Positions 8,372-13,896 of a stretch of 24,000 bases of DNA are shown here, piece after piece (the stretch's first letter is position 1; every line of letters starts with the position of its first letter). The notes under the pieces were generated by a model that ran no database searches, was not told the DNA's origin, and worked only from the letters and a program-made list of their open reading frames with translations. The translations under genes were made by a program, and so were the position numbers. The stretch comes from Minisyncoccia bacterium (GTDB taxonomy: Bacteria; Patescibacteriota; Minisyncoccia; Phycocordibacterales; UBA6065): assembly GCA_044233485.1 (NCBI GenBank), contig JBIIJY010000005.1:26815-50814 (forward strand), given 5' to 3'.

Positions 8372-9139
8372 TTAACGTGTCTCACTCCAGATATACTCGA
8401 ACATAATTCTAAATGTCTCAGTGATATATTTACTCTCGATAACAACAGTTAGGTAGCTTTCTTTGAAATTAGTAATAGCGACCTTATCCCCGTAAATTAC
8501 TATTTGTGCAGGAATTTTCAAACGGTCAGCTGGAACTTTTTTTCGAGTAATTAAATATTGAGTGTCTTCCTCAATCGGGGTGGCAATTATCTGACCATCA
8601 GTGTGGGGTGTAATTGCTTTCGTGTGAATATTCTTTTCAATCTGTTTATCGATCTGTTCTTTAATTAAATGAAGAACTTCTTGACGCCCTTCATGTATGG
8701 GTGAACTGATTACAAGTATGTTTTGATTCGTTTCGAGGATGTCATTATGAGTATATTTAATACCCTCGATTCCTTCATAAAACTGCACATTAGGTTTTCC
8801 ATTCAAGGAGTTAAACTCAGAAGAAAGCTTTCCAAGTATGTTGCCAAACTCAGAAAAAGCTCGGGATACGTGCTGTTTTTTCGTTTCAAGAAGCTCTTGT
8901 ATGCCTTTTGGATGCTTAGGGAAGAAGAGTGATACCTTACCAATATCATCTCGTTTTTCGACAAGGTTTAATTCAATGAGCTGCTCAAGTACTTTGTAGA
9001 CTAATGGCCTACCAAGATTGGTTTTAAGAGAAATAATCTTTGCCGGCGATAGGCCGTTTTTCAAAAGGTAAGTATAAATCAGCGCTTGTTCTTGACTTAA
9101 TCCGCACTCAGTAAGGATTGTTTCATTTATATTTGTCAT
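8372..9139 (-). CDS. TrmB-family transcriptional regulator
   Basis: The N-terminal winged helix LSQEQALIYTYLLKNGLSPAKIISLKTNLGRPLVYKVLEQLIELNLVEK is TrmB-type. I set the start to ATG 9139 (MTNINE...) because a TATAAT -10 box (9157-9152, minus strand) lies inside the longer ORF-track version. Confidence 0.75.
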   Translation of the reverse strand: MTNINETILTECGLSQEQALIYTYLLKNGLSPAKIISLKTNLGRPLVYKVLEQLIELNLVEKRDDIGKVSLFFPKHPKGIQELLETKKQHVSRAFSEFGNILGKLSSEFNSLNGKPNVQFYEGIEGIKYTHNDILETNQNILVISSPIHEGRQEVLHLIKEQIDKQIEKNIHTKAITPHTDGQIIATPIEEDTQYLITRKKVPADRLKIPAQIVIYGDKVAITNFKESYLTVVIESKYITETFRIMFEYIWSETR

Positions 9140-9151
9140 AAGTATGTGACA

Positions 9152-9179
9152 ATTATACACTTATAAATACAGTATGCAA
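9152..9179 (-). promoter_or_regulatory. Promoter of the TrmB-family gene (short leader)
   Basis: On the minus strand: TTGCAT (9179-9174), 16-nt spacer, TATAAT (9157-9152). The ATG at 9139 is 12 nt downstream of the -10 box. Confidence 0.5.
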
Positions 9180-9231
9180 GTTAATTGTGTTATATAGCAA
9201 TGAAACTATAGAGATTCTAAGGTAGATTGTA

Positions 9232-9259
9232 TTGACAAATCTATTCATTATGCTATGAT
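9232..9259 (+). promoter_or_regulatory. Promoter of the hammerhead-punctuated operon
   Basis: TTGACA (9232-9237), 16-nt spacer, TGcTATGAT (TATGAT at 9254-9259). Divergent from the TrmB-family gene promoter about 50 nt away. Confidence 0.6.
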
Positions 9260-9325
9260 TATATAAGAACAAGGGAAAAGGAAGCACTTACGCTTTACTA
9301 CCTGAGTATAGTTGACATTTCAGTC

Positions 9326-9667
9326 ATGAAAACCACTACATATTTCGGCTTTGGCATCGCCCCCTCAATGTTCCCGGACGGGAACATCACCAAAACTACC
9401 CTTTCGCCTGAAGAGGCGAAAGCGGTGGTCGAGGCAGGGGTGATCCCTTGCCTCAACCCGAGCCATAAGGCGTCGATAGACGCCTTGGGGAGCCGGTTCG
9501 GCATCACAGTGCCAATTCCCGAGCGCGCGCCGACGGTGGCATTGGTGCCAGGCGATCGTCTGCTGGTCATGGGCATCTCGGGACTCCCTCGTTTGGAGGG
9601 TCGCCACGAGTATTCCAGTGAGGAGGTTGCCAAGGCCACCTTTACCTTCTCACTCTGGGCGGTTTAA
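9326..9667 (+). CDS. DUF1874 / AcrIII-1-like protein (putative cyclic tetra-adenylate ring nuclease family)
   Basis: 113 aa. Recognised from my memory of SIRV1 gp29 / STIV B116. It shares their length, an N-terminal hydrophobic FGFGIAPSMF segment, a His at residue 47 (NPSHKASIDAL versus the family's GHDSTI context), GDRLLVMGISG, an RLEG motif at residues 89-92 and a C-terminal FTFSLW strand. One hand-counted 60-nt line (9481-9540) is 43/60 GC, against about 18-19/60 in typical host lines. Confidence 0.55.
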   Translation: MKTTTYFGFGIAPSMFPDGNITKTTLSPEEAKAVVEAGVIPCLNPSHKASIDALGSRFGITVPIPERAPTVALVPGDRLLVMGISGLPRLEGRHEYSSEEVAKATFTFSLWAV

Positions 9668-9824
9668 GGAGAAGGGGGTGAGGAAGGTTGTAAGTGAACC
9701 TAAAAAACTTCACATCGGCCACGATTGTTATGGCGTCATCATCGACGAGACAGATGCGTAATTCTTTGGGGAAGCTCCAGAGCGCTTGGTAAGCGGAAAC
9801 TACTGGGATGATGCAAATTATCCC

Positions 9825-9874
9825 CTGTTCTCGGAATGTAATTCCGACTGATGAGTCCAAAAGGACGAAAACAG
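9825..9874 (+). ncRNA. Hammerhead ribozyme, type III (copy 1)
   Basis: Stem III CUGUU (9825-9829) pairs with AACAG (9870-9874). C17 is at 9830 (UUC site). Stem I is UCGGAAU-GUA-AUUCCGA (9831-9847). Core CUGAUGA (9848-9854), stem II GUCC-AAAA-GGAC (9855-9866), GAAA (9867-9870). All invariant core nucleotides are present. Confidence 0.9.
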
Positions 9875-9927
9875 AAAGTTTTTGAAGGAGTAAATTAACA
9901 ATCAAAAAAATAGAAAGGAGGTGAAAA

Positions 9928-10131
9928 ATGAGGAATAAATTCCTTAGTCTGACTAAGTGGTTGGCAGTCATGATCATCGTCAATAGCTTAATCGCTTTGG
10001 TGGTCGTCATGAATGCTGACACCAACAGTCAGTCGTTCCAGAAGTTTTGGGAGAGCCGTAACCTGATTCTGATCGCAAATCTTTTGCTGATCGTGGCTTG
10101 TGGTGCTTCCGCCCGACTCTCGAGGAACTGA
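9928..10131 (+). CDS. Small two-TM membrane protein (hypothetical)
   Basis: 67 aa. Strong SD AAGGAGGTG (9915-9923), with 4 nt between it and the ATG. Two predicted TM helices (WLAVMIIVNSLIALVVVM; LILIANLLLIVACGASA) and a basic C-terminus RLSRN. It lies between hammerheads 1 and 2. Confidence 0.65.
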   Translation: MRNKFLSLTKWLAVMIIVNSLIALVVVMNADTNSQSFQKFWESRNLILIANLLLIVACGASARLSRN

Positions 10132-10265
10132 CTGGTAGGAAAGTCTACCTAAAGGATCACCCAGGGTTTGCTAGTAAAGAACTCTAACCTTTAATTCAAA
10201 AGGGTGTGAATGTCACCGTGTATACATGGTGAGTTGGCGTGCAACGCCACGGATCAAAAGATTCG

Positions 10266-10317
10266 TTCTGTCTCGGAATGTAATTCCGACTGATGAGTCC
10301 AAAAGGACGAAACAGAA
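10266..10317 (+). ncRNA. Hammerhead ribozyme, type III (copy 2)
   Basis: Stem III UUCUGU (10266-10271) pairs with ACAGAA (10312-10317). C17 is at 10272 (GUC site). Stem I UCGGAAU-GUA-AUUCCGA, CUGAUGA, GUCC-AAAA-GGAC and GAAA follow. The 42-nt core is identical to copy 1. Confidence 0.92.
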
Positions 10318-10516
10318 GGTTCAAATTTAATGTGATCAGTTTCAGCTAGCATGAAACTGGTAAAGGATCTATCTCGCAGCGTGACGGCGAACCTGTCAGC
10401 GTAAGAGGTGGCTTAGATCCAGCTTAAGAATGACCTATTCTTGAGCACTTTATTGAGCCTGCCACGTTGTGTGGTTGGTTCATAGAGTTCTTGAACAACT
10501 AATTGAAAGGAGTGGT

Positions 10517-10756
10517 ATGTTGATCTTAAACATCGACCGAGTCAAACAGCTTGTTGAGGGAGACCAAAAGGATGGGGAGATCCCCATCATGGCTCTCCGT
10601 CGGAGGCTCATCGAGGGTAAGGTGACAAAGGCAGACCTTTTCAAGACGAGGTGCTTCGGCACCAGGTCTTGGAGAAGTCTGCTCGAGCTACTCGATCTCG
10701 AAGAGGGTCAAGTCATTGCCTCTCGTCCGGAGGGTGTGGTGGCGGCTGCGGCTTAG
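10517..10756 (+). CDS. Small hypothetical protein (possible helix-hairpin-helix-like nucleic-acid binder)
   Basis: 79 aa counted from ATG 10517, which follows the SD GAAAGGAG (10506-10513). The ORF-track GTG start at 10469 has no SD. The segment FGTRSWRSLLELLDLEEG loosely resembles an HhH motif. GC-rich. It lies between hammerheads 2 and 3. Confidence 0.55.
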   Translation: MLILNIDRVKQLVEGDQKDGEIPIMALRRRLIEGKVTKADLFKTRCFGTRSWRSLLELLDLEEGQVIASRPEGVVAAAA

Positions 10757-10799
10757 GCTCGCGGGGTATGCATACTACCTGGCAACAGAATTGTATGAA

Positions 10800-10823
10800 T
10801 AGTATTAGAGTACTCTAATACTA
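10800..10823. repeat. 24-bp perfect palindrome abutting hammerhead 3
   Basis: TAGTATTAGAGTACTCTAATACTA equals its own reverse complement. It ends 1 nt before stem III of hammerhead 3. Confidence 0.9.
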
Positions 10824-10874
10824 GTTGTTTTGGAATGTGTGTTCCGACTGATGAGTCCAAAAGGACGAAACAAC
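10824..10874 (+). ncRNA. Hammerhead ribozyme, type III (copy 3, divergent stems)
   Basis: Stem III GUUGU (10824-10828) pairs with ACAAC (10870-10874). U17 is at 10829 (GUU site). Stem I is UUGGAAU-GUGU-GUUCCGA (two G-U pairs), and the core CUGAUGA-GUCC-AAAA-GGAC-GAAA is identical to the other copies. It sits 57 nt upstream of the methyltransferase ATG. Confidence 0.85.
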
Positions 10875-10930
10875 AATCATCTACTTGCTTTTTATATAAT
10901 GAAGCGTCTATAGTAACTTCCGTCGACGCA

Positions 10931-11401
10931 ATGAAAAAATTTCTTATTCTCTATAATCTGCGCAGTGTATATAATGTGGGGGCGATTTTTCGTACTGCTG
11001 ATGCTGTTGGTATTGATTGTGTCTATTTGATCGGTACGACGCCGACACCACTCGATCGTTTTGGTAGTCCGCGAAGTGATTTTGCTAAATGCGCGCTCGG
11101 TTCAGAAAAAACTCTAGCCTGGGAATATCGAAAAACACTTGTACCACTTATTAAAAAACTACAAAAAGAAGGAGTTCAGATAATTGCTCTTGAGCAAGAT
11201 GCTCAGGCGATAGATTACAAAAAATATGAACCTATAGGTGATTGTGCTGTGATCTGTGGAGAAGAGGTGTATGGTATTCCTCTAAAAATACGTGCACTGG
11301 CAGATCAAACTCTCGAGATTCCAATGAAGGGGACGAAGGAGTCGCTTAATGTGTCTGTGGCGACAGGAATACTACTCTATGGACTATTCGACCGAGATTA
11401 A
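10931..11401 (+). CDS. SpoU/TrmH-family RNA 2'-O-methyltransferase
   Basis: 156 aa from ATG 10931 (MKKFLILYNL...). SPOUT motifs NVGAIFRTADAVG, IALEQD, VICGEEVYGIP and LEIPMKGTKESLNVSVATGILLY. The ORF-track extension from 10835 overlaps hammerhead 3 and I rejected it. Confidence 0.85.
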   Translation: MKKFLILYNLRSVYNVGAIFRTADAVGIDCVYLIGTTPTPLDRFGSPRSDFAKCALGSEKTLAWEYRKTLVPLIKKLQKEGVQIIALEQDAQAIDYKKYEPIGDCAVICGEEVYGIPLKIRALADQTLEIPMKGTKESLNVSVATGILLYGLFDRD

Positions 11402-12327
11402 TAGGAAACACCTGCTTGAGGATTGAAGGAAGCGTCACGGATGAGGAGCGAGTCCGAGCGCATATTCCAAAGCTTGGTACGACTACCAAGATAGAGATAA
11501 TATCGCGGTAAGAGAAAATCAGAGTCATTTCTAAATACACCAACACAGCCATTATAGGTGCTGACCTCTTGAATAAATTGTCGGCACTGCGCACTCTCGA
11601 CTTTAGCGAGTGAGCTTGCGGGTGGAACGGTACAGCGAGGGAGTGTGCGCAGAAGGTCGGCGCAACCGCCAGTTGGTTCTCCGTACAATTCTTTGTATTT
11701 TGGTAACAGGTCAGGGCACGATGTTTTTGGTCGTGGCGACAAGGTGCTCTCCAAATCAAAATATCCAAAACATTTATTTATCTGAAATGAAACTCCGAGC
11801 GGTGAGGGGCCAGAATTGATATACACCGTCTCACCTGGTGAGAGGGTGAGTGGCTCAGAGGTATTCTCTCCGCCGATGGTTGGGATGGCAACAAAGGATG
11901 GGATTGTTCCACCTCGCTCAGTTAAGAGACTCTGAATACTTCCTCCAGAGAGAGGGATGGTTTCTTTTTCGGTACGGTTTACAAGGGTAATAACTTCGAG
12001 ACTGCCACGAGTTCCTTTAACTCCTTCAATACTTGTGCGGACATCTTTTGATACTCGCGCCGATTTGAGTTGCTCGGCGAGTTTATTGGCCGCAGCTATC
12101 TCGGTGTCATTACGAAAAGGGAGAAGTATTTGGCTTTGCTTCACTTCGATCTCTTCGAGGATCTGTGGGCCGAAAGTCGTTCCAGAACTTATCGGAGCAG
12201 GGGCGTTGATGAATGGGGCACTGCGAGCATTTGGAGAATTGTAACCCTCTTGAAAAAGCCAGATCACTATCAAAATAGCAAAAGTGATCCAAAGGGTTTT
12301 CGTGTGTTCAAACATCTCGCTAAACAT
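11398..12327 (-). CDS. Membrane-anchored hypothetical protein (possible lamin-tail-like domain)
   Basis: I set the start at ATG 12327 (MFSEMFEHTKTLW...), 4 nt after the mutM stop; the longer ORF-track version overlaps mutM. It has an N-terminal TM helix. The segment LEVITLVNRTEKETIPLSGGSIQ...LTLSPGETVYINSG resembles LTD-type beta domains, followed by a Cys-containing C-terminal part. Confidence 0.6.
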   Translation of the reverse strand: MFSEMFEHTKTLWITFAILIVIWLFQEGYNSPNARSAPFINAPAPISSGTTFGPQILEEIEVKQSQILLPFRNDTEIAAANKLAEQLKSARVSKDVRTSIEGVKGTRGSLEVITLVNRTEKETIPLSGGSIQSLLTERGGTIPSFVAIPTIGGENTSEPLTLSPGETVYINSGPSPLGVSFQINKCFGYFDLESTLSPRPKTSCPDLLPKYKELYGEPTGGCADLLRTLPRCTVPPASSLAKVESAQCRQFIQEVSTYNGCVGVFRNDSDFLLPRYYLYLGSRTKLWNMRSDSLLIRDASFNPQAGVSY

Positions 12328-12331
12328 AATC

Positions 12332-13252
12332 TTAATTGTATAACCTTTGATGAGTATCGCAAAAGTGTGTTCCACGTCCTGCACAGACAATGCGGCGGAT
12401 AGTGCCAGTACAGTTTTTGCGCTGGCAGGCTGTACCAGTTTTTCGATAGGCACCGTTGAGTTCTTTGAACTGTGCCCGTTCGCCAGCGATAGTTCGATAG
12501 TCCGATGTCGGAGCAAGCCCAAGGTCAACACCGAGACTCAGAACTTGTTTGAGTGCTCTGTGTAAGGCAGTCAGTTGTGCTTTCGGTACTGCTTCGATGT
12601 GCGAGAGCGGGTGAATCCCTGCCCGCCAAAGTGATTCATCGGCATAAATATTTCCAATACCTACTACCACACTCTGATCAAGAAGAGTTTGTTTTATTTC
12701 CTGTTTCTTTTTTGTAGAGAGATGTTTTTGAAAATCGAGCGCAGTAAAGGTGCTTTCAAGTGGCTCCGGCCCAAGAGGAGAGAGGTGTGAGGAAGTGTGA
12801 AGCTCTGCTTCAGTAAGGTAGACGACTTTGGCAAATTTGCGAATGTCAGAGAGCACAAGGTGTTTGTCATCCGAGAGTGAAAAGGTGAGTCGTATATGTC
12901 CATTGTACGGATCAGTTGAAAGAGGCCCTTCTTCACTTGTTGACCATGTGCGCGTCCGTGAATTGTACCTATATGTTCCATACAGGAGATGGCCAGTCAT
13001 TTTGAGATGAATCAATACACAATATCCGTTTGATAAGTGGAGGAGTATGTTTTTTGCTCGGCGACTGACTTTGGTAATAGTTGCGCCACAGACTACTTTT
13101 GAAAACTTTTTGTAATACTTTGTATCTTTAATGGTGTCTTGTGTACCTGGAGCGCTGCTGGCGTAGTTTGTCCAGACAGCCTGAATACTTTTTCCGACTA
13201 CAGTTTTCTGTAGGCCAGTGACCGTAGTTTGAATTTCAGGTAATTCGGGCAC
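12332..13252 (-). CDS. mutM: Formamidopyrimidine-DNA glycosylase (Fpg/MutM family)
   Basis: 306 aa. N-terminal MPELPEIQT (catalytic Pro2/Glu3), an H2TH region, and a C-terminal zinc-finger-like CQRKNC...HFCDTH. Confidence 0.85.
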   Translation of the reverse strand: MPELPEIQTTVTGLQKTVVGKSIQAVWTNYASSAPGTQDTIKDTKYYKKFSKVVCGATITKVSRRAKNILLHLSNGYCVLIHLKMTGHLLYGTYRYNSRTRTWSTSEEGPLSTDPYNGHIRLTFSLSDDKHLVLSDIRKFAKVVYLTEAELHTSSHLSPLGPEPLESTFTALDFQKHLSTKKKQEIKQTLLDQSVVVGIGNIYADESLWRAGIHPLSHIEAVPKAQLTALHRALKQVLSLGVDLGLAPTSDYRTIAGERAQFKELNGAYRKTGTACQRKNCTGTIRRIVCAGRGTHFCDTHQRLYN

Positions 13253-13263
13253 GTGAACAATAC

Positions 13264-13824
13264 TTAACCGAGTAATTTCAAACTCGCTTTGATGCGATCG
13301 TTGGTGAGCGTGACAGAAGAAGGAACTTGCTTGAGCGCTTCGCGGGCATCGTGATGGGTAAAGCCGAGTGCTTTAAGTGCTTCAAGGGCTTCGACGTCCG
13401 CCATGAGATGATCCTCAATACTCGACTCACTAATCTTTCCGCGCAGTTCAATAACAAGTTTTTCGGCAGTCTTTCGACCGATACCACCTACTGAGATGAG
13501 GTGCTTGGTCTCACTTGTAGCAATCGCGTGGCGCACCGTCTCAGGGGTGGCTTGTGAGAGTATGGCGAGCGCTGTTTTTGGGCCCACGCCAGAGACTGAG
13601 AGTAAAAGTTCAAATAATCGCTTCGTTTCTTTCGAGTCAAAACCAAAAAGCTCCTCTGTGTCTTCGCGGACAACATGATGGATCCAGAGGGTGAGGGTGT
13701 CTCCGATCTGTACTGGGGCAAGGACAAAAGGTGGGCAGTGCACCTCATAGCCCAGGCCAGCTACGGTCAAGGTACAGGTTTTTTCTTCTTTATCGAAGAC
13801 GGTTCCGGTAATGAGACTAAACAT
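13264..13824 (-). CDS. ruvA: Holliday junction DNA helicase subunit RuvA
   Basis: I set the start at ATG 13824 (MFSLITGTV...), the canonical RuvA N-terminus. HhH motifs VSGVGPKTA and VGGIGRKTAEK, plus a C-terminal domain III. Confidence 0.85.
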   Translation of the reverse strand: MFSLITGTVFDKEEKTCTLTVAGLGYEVHCPPFVLAPVQIGDTLTLWIHHVVREDTEELFGFDSKETKRLFELLLSVSGVGPKTALAILSQATPETVRHAIATSETKHLISVGGIGRKTAEKLVIELRGKISESSIEDHLMADVEALEALKALGFTHHDAREALKQVPSSVTLTNDRIKASLKLLG

Positions 13825-13896
13825 ATCGTTAGTATACGCCACCAAACCTTCACACGCATTTGTCTTTTTCAAAAAGTGTGATAAAGTCTTAGGACT

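Noticed and set aside
9298-9639. 113-aa and 80-aa minus-strand ORFs antisense to the DUF1874 gene
   Set aside because: These are typical shadow ORFs in a GC-rich segment. The plus-strand frame has the family-like sequence features and the promoter orientation.
10132-10516. Search for a second ribozyme class (twister, pistol, hatchet, HDV-like) or a riboswitch next to the hammerheads
   Set aside because: I could not find the conserved twister (…CCCAAGCCC… / GGGCGG), pistol or hatchet signatures by eye. Only generic hairpins are present. This needs a covariance-model scan before any claim.
9825-10874. Could the three ~50-nt repeats be a degenerate CRISPR array or other tandem repeat?
   Set aside because: The spacing is 440-560 nt and the intervals contain SD-led ORFs. 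The repeats themselves fold into complete hammerhead ribozymes with covarying stems. No cas genes are present.
10835-10930. N-terminal extension of the methyltransferase ORF (ORF-track start 10835, MCVPTDESKRTKQQ...)
   Set aside because: These codons are the hammerhead 3 core read as protein (CUGAUGAGUCC...GAAAC). The SpoU-family homology begins at MKKFLILYNL (ATG 10931).
8346-10930. att-type direct repeat of the tRNA-Lys 3' end marking an integrated element
   Set aside because: I could see no copy of the tRNA-Lys 3' half (GGTTCGATTCCAACCGGGCGCA) downstream, and no integrase. The island hypothesis therefore rests on composition and context only.
11346-12565. Assorted alternative-frame ORFs (11346-11768 minus, 11610-11819 plus, 11957-12244 plus, 12070-12402 plus, 12347-12565 plus) and the long 377-aa version of the 11398 gene
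   Set aside because: All of them overlap better-supported genes (the membrane protein 11398-12327 and mutM). The 377-aa version would overlap mutM by 200 nt, and an in-frame ATG sits 4 nt after the mutM stop.
13278-13881. Several 60-86-aa ORFs in other frames within ruvA, and the 202-aa ruvA version starting at 13872
   Set aside because: These are shadow frames. The canonical RuvA N-terminus MFSLITG begins at ATG 13824, and the 16 extra codons have no family support.
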